64,000 bases of DNA from Treponemataceae bacterium (GCA_963678065.2 CAXXVZ010000005.1:384001-448000); one strand, 5' to 3'. Positions 28,926 through 38,471 are shown, numbered from the stretch's first letter. Numbers and translations are program-made. Notes: generated by a model not told the origin, from the letters alone.

Positions 28926-30152
28926 TCAGAAATGGATTCGGGCGGCGAGTCCGGCCGAGGAACGCATGGATCCAAGGGGAGCCGGCAGACGCGAAAACTC
29001 GGCGCCGTCTTTCCCGATACCGAAGGCGCCCGTCAGCTCGATCTCGAAGTCCGGAAGGAAACTCAGAGTCAGGCCTGTGGAGAGAAGCGCGGAGCCGCCA
29101 TCCAGGTCGACGAGGGATCGGACAAACACCGCACCCTTGTCAGTGATGGAGAGAAAGGCTACGGGCAGGAGATAGAGAGTGCCCTCAAGGCCCCTGCCGC
29201 CGCCATATTCGCCGTCGAGGGAGAGGGAGAGCTCGAAGGCATCGCTGTAGAGCGTGTAGCGCGCCCCGGCCGTCCCGTACCAGTCAGGGGCGCCCATGAA
29301 CTCGACAGCGCCCTCGGCCTGGAGGATGAGACCCGCGATGTCGGCCGAGAGGCCGAGCGAGGGGCGAGCGACGCGATCCGGCTGGAAGTTTCCGCCGAGC
29401 GCAATCTGAAGGGTCCCGAGCTGCAGCTCGGCCGAGCCTGCCCAGATGAAGAGAGCGGGATCGGCCGAACCGGCGGCGCCGTCGAGGGCCGTCGCCGCCG
29501 CCGCGGCTGCGGCCGCGTACCTGGGGTCTGTCGCCCCGTAGGCCGCGAGAGCCTGGGCCGCTTTCGTCGCGGCCGCGTAGGCGTCGAGATTCCTGTCGAA
29601 GGAGAGGGCGGCGCGGAGCGAAAGATCGGCCCCCACGCTCCCCGCGAAGGAGATTCCCCTGAATCCGTCCTTCTGGTCCCAGAAACCGCTGCGCGGGTTG
29701 ATCATGTCGCCGGGCGCGAAGGCCGTGCCGATGCCGAGCTGCATCCGCCTTTTGCCGATCGCGAGGGAAGCGGCCTCGCCCAGGTCGACGCGGGCGTAGG
29801 CCTCGTGGACGCTCCCCGAAAAGGCGAGCGGCAGGCCGAGAAGGGCGGTGTTGCCCGAGAGATCGACCGTGTGGTTGAGGACGGCGCCCCAGCCGCGCCC
29901 GCCGAAGCGGTGCAGGAAGTTGGCCGACAGCGTCCAGAGCGCGGCGGTCCCGGCGGCGCCCGGATCGAGGGATGGGGAGGCGGCGACGAATCCCGCCGCC
30001 GCGTCGGCCGCGAGCGAGTATGAGGGCTCGCCCACATCGCCGGCAGAGGCCGGAGCCGCGGCGACAAGCGTTGTCAGGAGCATCGCGAAGAAAATGGCCG
30101 GCCCAGACAGAGCGCGAGCGCGACATCCGACCCCGGAGGGCATACATTTCAT
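28926..30152 (-). CDS. Putative outer-membrane beta-barrel protein
   Basis: Signal-like segment, VHEAYARVDL..IGKRRMQLG..FAPGDMINP pattern, amphipathic strands, C-terminal ARIHF; start uncertain. Confidence 0.65.
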   Translation of the reverse strand: MKCMPSGVGCRARALSGPAIFFAMLLTTLVAAAPASAGDVGEPSYSLAADAAAGFVAASPSLDPGAAGTAALWTLSANFLHRFGGRGWGAVLNHTVDLSGNTALLGLPLAFSGSVHEAYARVDLGEAASLAIGKRRMQLGIGTAFAPGDMINPRSGFWDQKDGFRGISFAGSVGADLSLRAALSFDRNLDAYAAATKAAQALAAYGATDPRYAAAAAAAATALDGAAGSADPALFIWAGSAELQLGTLQIALGGNFQPDRVARPSLGLSADIAGLILQAEGAVEFMGAPDWYGTAGARYTLYSDAFELSLSLDGEYGGGRGLEGTLYLLPVAFLSITDKGAVFVRSLVDLDGGSALLSTGLTLSFLPDFEIELTGAFGIGKDGAEFSRLPAPLGSMRSSAGLAARIHF

Positions 30153-30163
30153 CGTCGTCGCCT

Positions 30164-30952
30164 TCAGCGGGTCAGGTAGACTTTGCTGAAGACCGAGAGC
30201 GGCACCTCGCGCTTCTCGATGGACTGCATCGTCATGGTGGTGATGGTCCCCTTCTTCTCGGTGCTCTCCATGCGCAGGACCGAGGGCCGGACAAAACTCC
30301 CGAAGTCCCTGATGCCGGAGAGTTCCATTTTCTTGAACAGAAGGCCGCTCTTCGCGTAGTACTCCATCCGCAGCGGCATGTAATCCGACTTGCGGGCCCA
30401 CATCACGATCTTGCCGTAGGCGGCTTCGTCATTTTTGGCCACCGACTCGACGACGAGGCAGGCCACCTTGCCGAGATCGGAGTGGAGGATGGTGGCCTCG
30501 GGGGCGAGGCTCGGCGAGTAATCATCGGCAAAACGTGTCTTGCCCACGTCGGCGTTCGAGAAGGTCGAGCCCTGAAAACTCTCCCGGGCGGAGAGCCTGA
30601 GCGCGCTCGAGGAGCCTGATTTGGGGTTGTACATCCACAGGCTCCCCTCGAGCTGGAGGAAGCGCGTCCCCTTGGACCTGGCGGGTGCGACGACCTCGAG
30701 GTAGCTGCCCTTGTCGCGCCGAGAAAGCGTCTCGAATGTCATCGACCGCACCGCGCCGTTCGCATCCTTCGTCTCCATGACGACGGTGGACGCATAGGAT
30801 TCGAGGGCGAGCGTTTTGTCTATCGCGGCCAGAACGTCCTCGGCTCGAGGAGCTTCCTGGGCCCCGAGGGCCGGAACGACGAGCGTCGCGATCAGAATAC
30901 TTACAAATGGCAGAAATACCGCGGCCGCGGGACCGCGTCGGCCTGTGCGCAT
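30164..30952 (-). CDS. Outer-membrane lipoprotein-sorting (LolA-like) protein
   Basis: Signal peptide; PARSKGTRFL, LWMYNP, ESFQGSTFSNAD, YGKIVMW, EYYAKSGLLFK, VFSKVYL; RBS GAGGAG. Confidence 0.85.
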   Translation of the reverse strand: MRTGRRGPAAAVFLPFVSILIATLVVPALGAQEAPRAEDVLAAIDKTLALESYASTVVMETKDANGAVRSMTFETLSRRDKGSYLEVVAPARSKGTRFLQLEGSLWMYNPKSGSSSALRLSARESFQGSTFSNADVGKTRFADDYSPSLAPEATILHSDLGKVACLVVESVAKNDEAAYGKIVMWARKSDYMPLRMEYYAKSGLLFKKMELSGIRDFGSFVRPSVLRMESTEKKGTITTMTMQSIEKREVPLSVFSKVYLTR

Positions 30953-31096
30953 CGGTGTGCTCCTCGTTTCAGGAATCGATCGGAGCTCAGATATACAGAG
31001 CCAGCAGTATTTAATCAACATACCGCGCCGCATCGCTTCGGCTTTCGCCCAGGTGCTCCGGCACGTCATCATGAGTGTACCGAAAAAGACCGGAGA

Positions 31097-32605
31097 CTAG
31101 AATCCGATCGTGACCTCGATCTTCAGGGTGCCTTTGTCGAGCTTTCCGCCTTCGAGGAACTTGCTTCCCTTCCCGTCGTTGAGGATGGAGCCGACCTCGT
31201 AATTCAGCAGGAAGACCGTGTTGGGGAAGAGCTGAAACTCGACTCCCGTGTCGAGGTAGATGTTGGAAGGATCCTCCGAAGGATCGTCGAGGCTGTAGCC
31301 GACAGCCTCATAAGGTTCGATGTAGTTCTCGTCGCGGAGCATAAACTTGTACAAGAGGCGCTCGAGGAAGGTGAGCGGAAGCGGATCGTGGCTGTAAAGG
31401 ACATCGTCGGCGAAAACCCCGATCTCGCCTCCGAGCCCTCCCTTCATGCCGACCTTGCTGATCAGACGGAGGGCGAGGTCGAGCTCGCCGAGCGCCGGCC
31501 GGTTGATCGCCGAGGGATCCGCGCAATAGGCTTCCAGCACGAGGGAGCCGATCCTGTCGTCGTCTTCGTCGCCCTCATCGAATATCCAGGCGGCGTTCGC
31601 CTTGTAATCTGCCCTCCAGACGGGGCCGATGCGTTCCGCGTCCGCTCCGGCGTAGAAAGACAATCGCGGCGCGGGATCGAGGGCGATACGCCCGGTCAGC
31701 CCGATCGCGTCCGTGTCGTTCCGCGTCTGGGCGCCGAGGGCGAGGAAAAGGAACGGGAAGGGCCTCAGCTTCGCGTGAACCCCGAAGCTGTATTTATCGC
31801 TCGCCTTCCCGATTACCGAAACATCCTCCCTGAGGTAAAGCTTTCCTTTGACGAGCTTCGCGGGAGCCGGAGTCACTCCGTCGGCTTCCCAGTACAGAAT
31901 GCCATCGAGGGCGTCATCTGTGGTGTCTTCCTTGCCGGTGGCGATGTAGGGGATTCTCGGCGGGGTGTCTTCGTCCGTCAGACCCCAGTTTCCCAGCGAG
32001 CCGAGGCGGATTTCCAGGTTCGCCTGCTCGGAAAATGCGTACCCGAGACTGATTCCTCCGACCGCGGGGATGGTAGGCGCCACGTAACTTTCTTCCTCGT
32101 AATCCGTGACGCTGTAGGGTTCGATGAAGGGAGCGTTCTCCATGGTGAATCCCGGGCGCGAGTACAGACCGAGGTTGAACTTTCCGGCGACGATCCTCGA
32201 TGTGACCGTGATTCCGGACAGGTCGATGTAGCCTTTTCTGCCATCGGTCGTGAGGGAGAGGTCGATGTTCGATATTTCGATGTCGCCGTACAGGGATTTG
32301 CCCGAAAGCGATTCTTTACGCGGTTTGATTATCGGGAAGGTCAGCTTGAAGGTAGCGCTGTTGGTGAAGCCGCTGGAGCCGGTCCCGAGATTCACGCCCC
32401 AGGCTGCCGTGGTGCTCGCCGAAACCGTGTAGTCGGAAGCCTGTTTCGCGGGTGGAGTCACAGGCTCTTCCGCGAGGACCGGCCAGGCACACACGAAAAG
32501 GCATGCCGCGAGAAAACCGCGGCGGACTCCGCTGTGCGGTTCTAGGAAGCGGAATTTCAGGAAGCACGATGCGCTGACCGGGAAGCGCAGGCCGGATGTG
32601 TTCAT
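31097..32605 (-). CDS. Major outer sheath protein (Msp/Tpr MOSP)-like beta-barrel
   Basis: After the signal peptide, VSASTTAAWGVNL..GFTNSATFKLTFPII resembles the MOSP N-terminal motif; FPNTVFLLNYE and KGTLKIEVTIGF C-terminus; start uncertain. Confidence 0.7.
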   Translation of the reverse strand: MNTSGLRFPVSASCFLKFRFLEPHSGVRRGFLAACLFVCAWPVLAEEPVTPPAKQASDYTVSASTTAAWGVNLGTGSSGFTNSATFKLTFPIIKPRKESLSGKSLYGDIEISNIDLSLTTDGRKGYIDLSGITVTSRIVAGKFNLGLYSRPGFTMENAPFIEPYSVTDYEEESYVAPTIPAVGGISLGYAFSEQANLEIRLGSLGNWGLTDEDTPPRIPYIATGKEDTTDDALDGILYWEADGVTPAPAKLVKGKLYLREDVSVIGKASDKYSFGVHAKLRPFPFLFLALGAQTRNDTDAIGLTGRIALDPAPRLSFYAGADAERIGPVWRADYKANAAWIFDEGDEDDDRIGSLVLEAYCADPSAINRPALGELDLALRLISKVGMKGGLGGEIGVFADDVLYSHDPLPLTFLERLLYKFMLRDENYIEPYEAVGYSLDDPSEDPSNIYLDTGVEFQLFPNTVFLLNYEVGSILNDGKGSKFLEGGKLDKGTLKIEVTIGF

Positions 32606-32651
32606 CGCCGTTTTCCCATGACAGATGCGCCTGGACCCCGGAAACGCGCTT

Positions 32652-33188
32652 TCAGAAAGCGATGTCCGCAGATGGGAGGACCTCGGCGCCCCCTGCAGCC
32701 AGCGCGGCGTTCCACTCGTCGACAAGGGCAGAGGCCTTGGGCGAAAAACTCGAATGCGCGTCGGCGGCGAGGACTGCGCCGAAGCCTCTCGCCAGGGCGC
32801 CGAGGCAGGTCGCCTTGACGCAGCCGTGGGTCACGAGCCCGCAGATGACTACCCTGCCTGCTCCCAGTACACGCAGGCGAGCCTCGAGGTCGGTCTCCTT
32901 GAAGGAATCGGGATGACGCTTGAGTATGCCGATATCGCCTGAGTCTGACCGGAAATCGCCGTGGAGCGACCAGCCTTCGGAGCCTTCCTTCAGATAGGAA
33001 TCGTTGCAGTGCTGGATGACAAAGACGGGGCTTCCCGCGGCGCGGGCGCGCGAGGCAAGCAGATTGATGTTCGCCAGCAGGGTTTCGGCCCGGTAAACCG
33101 GTGTCGCTTTGTCGAACTGCCCTTTCTGGACATCGATGACGAGGAGGGCAGTCCTTGCCGTCTCGGTTTTTTCCGGATTGTGCGCCAT
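32652..33188 (-). CDS. Isochorismatase-family cysteine hydrolase
   Basis: ALLVIDVQ, K..PDSF.ETDL, GLVTHGCV..T, DAHS. Confidence 0.9.
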   Translation of the reverse strand: MAHNPEKTETARTALLVIDVQKGQFDKATPVYRAETLLANINLLASRARAAGSPVFVIQHCNDSYLKEGSEGWSLHGDFRSDSGDIGILKRHPDSFKETDLEARLRVLGAGRVVICGLVTHGCVKATCLGALARGFGAVLAADAHSSFSPKASALVDEWNAALAAGGAEVLPSADIAF

Positions 33189-33344
33189 TCTTCGACCTCC
33201 TTCGCCTCATGCCGGGCATGATCGCGTGTCGCAGCTGAAACATAGCATACCTGAAAACACCGGGGAAATAGCGCTCTCATGAACGACGCCCAGCCTGCCG
33301 CGCAAAGGCTTTACATCAGGCGGCAGGAGAATACAAAATGTATC

Positions 33345-33887
33345 ATGTATCGGTACGCCGCGTTTCTCAGGGCAGTCAATGTCGGTCGGGGAAGAACCGT
33401 GAAGATGGATGAATTGCGGAAGATGGCCGAAGACCTCGGCTTCGTCGATGTCCGTACCTTTATCCAGAGCGGCAATCTGATCTTCGCCTCTGCCTCGGAA
33501 GACAAAGTCGCCCTCGCACAATCGCTGGCCGGGAAAATCGGGGAGCGATTCGGCTTCGTCCCGGAAATCATCCTCAGAACCAAGGACGAAATGGAGCGGA
33601 TCATGAGCTGCATCCCGCTTCTCCCCGACGGAAGGAGCGACGCTTCCGATCTTTACGTCGTCGTTCTGTCGGGAGAACCTTCGGAGGCCGCAAAGGCGAG
33701 GCTCGCGGAATACTGCGAGCCGGGGGAAAGTTTCGCCCTCGTCGGCGATGTCATCTACGTGCGATACGGGAACGGCGTCGGGCGCTCGAAGTTTTCCAAC
33801 GCCTACATCGAAAAGAGACTGGGACTTTGCGCCACGACGAGAAACCGGGACACGATGACCCGGATACTCGACATGATGAAGGAATGA
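33345..33887 (+). CDS. DUF1697-family protein
   Basis: YAAFLRAVNVG, VRTFIQSGNL, ATTRN. Confidence 0.85.
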   Translation: MYRYAAFLRAVNVGRGRTVKMDELRKMAEDLGFVDVRTFIQSGNLIFASASEDKVALAQSLAGKIGERFGFVPEIILRTKDEMERIMSCIPLLPDGRSDASDLYVVVLSGEPSEAAKARLAEYCEPGESFALVGDVIYVRYGNGVGRSKFSNAYIEKRLGLCATTRNRDTMTRILDMMKE

Positions 33888-33956
33888 GGTCGACGACCAG
33901 AAAATTGTGTCTCCGGGACACTAAAGGCCGTCGCACCGCAATGCGGAGGTGAACTC

Positions 33957-34934
33957 ATGGATCTTCCCGTACCGGACAGCCCAGCCTGCGGCGAGCCTTG
34001 TGGAAGGCCCGAAGTTGCGTCTGACAGCTCGCCCTTGTGCACGTTCTTCGGCGCGCCTTTCGACGACAAGGTATCCGCCATGATCCGCGAACTCGCAGAC
34101 TGGCCCGGCCCGGTCATCTCGAGCCACAAAAGCGCGCGCCAGTATTTTCACAAGCTCGGATTCCTGGCCGACATCGGCGTCAAGGTCGACGAGCCCGGAA
34201 TGTCGGCCGTGATCGCAAAAGTGCTCGCGCACCGCGACGCGGCGGGAATACCTTCGATATTGATGGCCATCCCCGTCGCTTTCGGCGGCACAGGCAAAGA
34301 AATGCCGGTCTGGATGCTCTGCGACGCGCCGGTAACCCTGCGCGCCCTCGCCATGATGGGGGTCGACGAGAGCGAACTTCTGCCCGCGGTCGATTTCCTC
34401 GCCGCCGCGGTCGGCGGGCGCGGATGGGGCTGCCGCGGCGCGGCGGAACTCGGAACCTGGCGCGGCCCCGGAAAGAAAAGCGACCCCTGCCCCTACGCCA
34501 CTCTCATCATGGTCAGACTTCTCTCGTGCTTCGGAACGCGGTATGCGGCTGAACTCCGCAACGGCGCAGAGACCCTGCTCGGCCTCTGGGAAAACAGCCG
34601 CACAGAACATCCCTACCTGTTTTACATGGGCGATGATTTCCGCAAGCTGAAATTGCCTCTCTTCTGGTACGACATCCTCCACGTCGTCGACGCGGTGAGC
34701 TGCGCCTGCGATGCGGGCCTCCAGGGGATCGCAGATGACCCGCGCTTCCTCGAGATGTGGTCCATCATCGAGAGCAAGAGGACGGCGCCCGGCGGCTTCA
34801 TTCCCGAATCAGTCTACATGGAATTCAAGGGCTGGGATTTCGGGCAGAAGAAGACCGAATCCGCCTGGATGGGGCATTTTGTCGGAAGGATCCGGGAGCG
34901 GATCGCGCGCAACGGGCAAAGGATGCCGGAGTAG
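33957..34934 (+). CDS. Conserved hypothetical protein (possible alpha/alpha-barrel, prenyltransferase-repeat-like)
   Basis: RBS GGAGG; GWGC, GPGKKSDPCPYAT, FRKLKLPLFWYDILH, WDFGQKK motifs. Confidence 0.7.
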   Translation: MDLPVPDSPACGEPCGRPEVASDSSPLCTFFGAPFDDKVSAMIRELADWPGPVISSHKSARQYFHKLGFLADIGVKVDEPGMSAVIAKVLAHRDAAGIPSILMAIPVAFGGTGKEMPVWMLCDAPVTLRALAMMGVDESELLPAVDFLAAAVGGRGWGCRGAAELGTWRGPGKKSDPCPYATLIMVRLLSCFGTRYAAELRNGAETLLGLWENSRTEHPYLFYMGDDFRKLKLPLFWYDILHVVDAVSCACDAGLQGIADDPRFLEMWSIIESKRTAPGGFIPESVYMEFKGWDFGQKKTESAWMGHFVGRIRERIARNGQRMPE

Positions 34935-34970
34935 GGGCAGGATCGGATCAGCCGGCGTTTGCGTCGACAT

Positions 34971-35702
34971 TCAGGAAGAAAATCCCCTCTGGCGCATCTG
35001 AAGTTCGCGGAGGACGACGTTCAGGGTGAGCTGTACGTGCTCGCGGGCGATGCGCTCGGCAGCGTCGCCATCGCGGGAGTCCAGGGCGTCAATCAGCCCC
35101 TGGTGCTGTTCGGCGACGGCCCTGTCATCCTCGGCGGAAAAAATCACGGGGACGCTCAAGTCCCAGTAGTTCATCTTGGTCTGCGCGTGCAGGCTGGAGA
35201 GTGTGGGATTGTCGGCGGCCTCCGTGATTATTTTGTGGAAGCGGTCGTTGAGGACGTTGAATTCGTAGCGGGTGAGCCCCTGCGCCGCCATCGTGGAGGC
35301 CACTTCCCTCAGCTCCCTGAGCTGGTCCTCCCTGCGTCGGGCCGAGGCCAGACGGGCGGCGTAGCCCTCCACCGCGAGCCGGCATTCGAGCCGGGAGCGT
35401 ATCTCGGCGGGATTGTACTCCCGCACCACCCAGCCATGGCTGCGCTCGACCAAACCTTCCTGCTCTAGACGCAGCAAGGCTTCGCGGACGGGCGTACGGC
35501 TGACATTGAGCCAGACGGCCAGTTCGTCTTCGACGAGGCGCCTGTTCGGCCTGAGCTCGGCGCTCATGATGGCATCGTGCAGGCGATCGTGGACGGTGTC
35601 GGTGACGACACGGGTGCTCGAGCGCGATTTCCGGCCCCTGGGGAGGGAGCCCAGAGACTCTCCGGAGTTCCGGATCGTGGTCGAATCGTCGCTTTCATTC
35701 AT
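34971..35702 (-). CDS. GntR/FCD-family transcriptional regulator
   Basis: LVEDELA..VSRTPVREALLRL; FCD NDRFH, EQH, REHV. Confidence 0.92.
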   Translation of the reverse strand: MNESDDSTTIRNSGESLGSLPRGRKSRSSTRVVTDTVHDRLHDAIMSAELRPNRRLVEDELAVWLNVSRTPVREALLRLEQEGLVERSHGWVVREYNPAEIRSRLECRLAVEGYAARLASARRREDQLRELREVASTMAAQGLTRYEFNVLNDRFHKIITEAADNPTLSSLHAQTKMNYWDLSVPVIFSAEDDRAVAEQHQGLIDALDSRDGDAAERIAREHVQLTLNVVLRELQMRQRGFSS

Positions 35703-35809
35703 GACTTTTCCAGTCTACCACAGATCGACGGGATGCCGCCAGCGCGGGAGTTTGGAGGTTTCAGACTGAATTCTATGGCGGCAGGAACATAAAGTATGGC
35801 GATTTCGGT

Positions 35810-36483
35810 TTACAGGTTGTCGAAAATCGCGAGCGCAAACTCCACACATACATCACGAACATAATTCCAGTCAGTCCATGGCTTGCGGAGATTCTCGTAT
35901 TCTCCCAGATCTGTCTCGTCAAGGTCGAAAGGCATGGGATCGGCGAGTTGAACCTGAAGCTGCACAAGCGCAGATTCGCCGTTCGGCTGTGGATAGATGT
36001 CGTCGAAAGCGTCGAGCGAAGCCAAGAATTTCTCCTTCCCCATATGATCGGCAAGCGCCGCGAAATCCAGATAATCCCTGGTGGCGTTTCGCTTGAGGAT
36101 GAGTACGCCTTTGATGCGTAGAATCTCCGCTTCTGTGGGCACAGTGAGCTTCTGGCCTTCGATTTCCATTACTGCAGTCTCGAGCGGGGTATCCCGGATC
36201 AATTGGCGAACACCTGTCTCGATTCCATCGAGGCTGCCAAGAATCAAGACAGGACGTCTGACACGAGCGGTCTTCCAGCCAGCGACCGATTCAAGATCGG
36301 TAAGGATGTCGTCAAATCGCTCCTTCAGATCGATGAGGACATGATCTGCGTCCCGGGAAAAACGGTGCTCCGCAAAGAGTGCCGAAGCGGTACCCCCTAC
36401 GAGGACAGCACAGGGACAAAGTACTGATTGGGAGCTGCCGACGAAAGCACCAGCTCCCAATCAGGCATCTTTTCGTTCGACAT
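35810..36483 (-). pseudogene. AbiEii-like nucleotidyltransferase toxin, frameshifted near its N-terminus
   Basis: LVGGTA, HRFSRDAD, RDYLDF motifs in ORF 35810-36460; probable native N-terminus MSNEKMPDWELVLSSAA (ATG 36483) is in another frame that stops at 36397. Confidence 0.7.
36424..36464. repeat. Perfect 14-bp inverted repeat with 13-nt loop
   Basis: CTGATTGGGAGCTG (36424-36437) / CAGCTCCCAATCAG (36451-36464). Confidence 0.95.
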
Positions 36484-36685
36484 AGATTTTCCACAACCGC
36501 TGTCTCTGGGCATGGGAATCCTGGGCGTACGCGTTGCATGCCGCAAGGATTTTAGGCTTGATTTCCTTCGGTCTGGAATCAAGGACATCTTTTAGCTGTG
36601 CCCAATCGGCTCGCTTTCCACGGGCGATGATGTCATCTATGGACGCGATGGTGTAACCGGTATGATTGAGGTGGCGATGCTGCAT
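36461..36685 (-). CDS. Small (74 aa) putative antitoxin partner of the nucleotidyltransferase
   Basis: MQHRHLNH..ASIDDIIARGKRADWAQL; overlaps the toxin start in typical TA arrangement. Confidence 0.65.
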   Translation of the reverse strand: MQHRHLNHTGYTIASIDDIIARGKRADWAQLKDVLDSRPKEIKPKILAACNAYAQDSHAQRQRLWKIYVERKDA

Positions 36686-36732
36686 GAATATATAATAGTA
36701 GATGAGGCACCGGTCGCGATCAAGTGAGCGAA

Positions 36733-37042
36733 TTGCCTCATCCAAATTCAAACCCGGGAGGGGGCGTTGCCTCATCGAGAAAATCTAACCCGAGACTGAT
36801 CCTGCCGGCCCTAAGGCGGTGGGGGAAGTATGGGGTTAGGAATGAAAGAACGACATCGGCTAACTGACGAGGTAGCCCAGCGCTATCGGGTGGCAAGCCA
36901 GCAGAAAAACAGGTCATTCTCGACGAGTTCATTGCCACGACTGGCTACAACCGGAAATACGCGAGCCACCTGCTGTCGCGTTGGGGAAAGTCGACATACC
37001 TGTTTCTCCGCGCGAGATGCGGTAGCTGGCACAGTCGGGACT
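36733..37042 (+). mobile_element. Truncated IS remnant: putative left end plus frameshifted N-terminus of an integrase-core (rve)-type transposase
   Basis: From ATG 36830 MGLGMKERHRLTDEVAQRYR, frameshift in the A-run near 36905, then QVILDEFIATTGYNRKYASHLLSRWGK; upstream imperfect direct repeats TTGCCTCATC..AACCCG at 36733 and 36767. Confidence 0.7.
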
Positions 37043-37151
37043 CTTACGCTCTCGGGCATTGATTGAAAAGCCTAACTTCGTCCCGCCTGCCTTGTCGATT
37101 TTCTGCATCTGGCCGTATGGGCGGGAAATGCCTCAGGTGCGCCACCCGCGC

Positions 37152-38471
37152 TCAAACCCCGAGAGTCCAGCGTATGACCGGTTCAATGTTGATTACACAA
37201 CCATCGATGTGAAGAACTTCCCGCTCGCCCTCTTCGACGACAAGGAGGGATTCGCCGCCCGCAAGGTAGGGTTCGGCGTGCAGAAACGAAGCCATCTCGC
37301 GGGCTTGATTCTCGTCGGTCAGCCGTTTCGTCACCTGGATTTTCTGCCACTTCCGCTCTGGAAGTTCCGCAAGGAAGTCGAGTCCCTTTCCGTTTTCAAG
37401 GGCGCCGAAATGGAGCTTCTGCCCGCGCCTGCGCAATTCCAGAAACACGGCGTTCTCTACAAGGAATGAACGATTCTCGGTCTCCGACCTGTACAGCGAG
37501 GCTAGACCTGTGTCTATGGCGTAGTATTTTCTCGTCGTGTCGAAGTATCTGCCCTGTTTCCAGTCGAATCGCGAAAGATCGAATACCGCGAATGCCGCCT
37601 TGAGATAGGATACGTACAGGATTACAGTATCGATCTTGACGGTCGTGCCGAAAGCGCACAGGCGCCGCGCGAGGGCCGCATAGGATACGATCTGCCCCGG
37701 AGCGGACACTAGGAAAGCGACAAGCCGTTCAAGCACCGCCACATGCTCGACCTTGAATCGCCGTATGACATCATCGAGGATGACCTTCGCGACGATGCCC
37801 TCCTGATAGGATCGCACGGCCTGCGGATCGGAGACGGAGAAGCGTTCCGGGAGACCTCCGAGAGAGAGATAGTCGTTCCATAGCTTCAGGAATTCCCCGC
37901 GATGCCGGAAATAGTCCCCTTCATCCTGAATCTGTAAACCGCGATACGCCGTCAGCTCTGAAAAACTGAAGGGCAGGAGTTCGAAGGTCATGTGTCTGCC
38001 GGCGAGCTTGCCCGCGAATTCGGAGGACAAAAGTTCGGCATTCGATCCTGTGGCCAGGATATCCCATCCCTCGTCCCTCTCGTGTAGAGACCGGAGAAAG
38101 AGCTCCCAGTCGGGAACATTCTGTATTTCATCCAGAACGAGCAGGCGGGGCCCGGGGTTTGCGACTCGTGCCGTGAATAGTTGAAGTGTTCTGTCAAGAT
38201 CGGCCGGACCGCGGAGCCCGGACAGTCGATAATCCTCGAAGTTGAGAAAGAGAATATTCTCCAGAGGGAAGACGCCCGATCGTTCCAGATCCCTGGCAAC
38301 TTGCATGCAGAGCCATGACTTGCCGCTTCTCCTGAATCCGATGACCACCTTGATGGGGCGTGAAGGGAAGGCAGCGACCAATATGTCGTGCATTCTCCGC
38401 CGCGTGCCGCCTACCCGCATAAGGCGATTCTGGTTTTCGTAGATGATGGCAAGAAGCGATTCATCGGTCAT
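37152..38471 (-). CDS. AAA-family ATPase (AAA_14 + DUF4143)
   Basis: GFRRSGKS, LNFED, LDEIQNV, TGSNA, LAGR, GGLPE, KYYAIDTGL, ENAVF; start MTDESL. Confidence 0.9.
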   Translation of the reverse strand: MTDESLLAIIYENQNRLMRVGGTRRRMHDILVAAFPSRPIKVVIGFRRSGKSWLCMQVARDLERSGVFPLENILFLNFEDYRLSGLRGPADLDRTLQLFTARVANPGPRLLVLDEIQNVPDWELFLRSLHERDEGWDILATGSNAELLSSEFAGKLAGRHMTFELLPFSFSELTAYRGLQIQDEGDYFRHRGEFLKLWNDYLSLGGLPERFSVSDPQAVRSYQEGIVAKVILDDVIRRFKVEHVAVLERLVAFLVSAPGQIVSYAALARRLCAFGTTVKIDTVILYVSYLKAAFAVFDLSRFDWKQGRYFDTTRKYYAIDTGLASLYRSETENRSFLVENAVFLELRRRGQKLHFGALENGKGLDFLAELPERKWQKIQVTKRLTDENQAREMASFLHAEPYLAGGESLLVVEEGEREVLHIDGCVINIEPVIRWTLGV

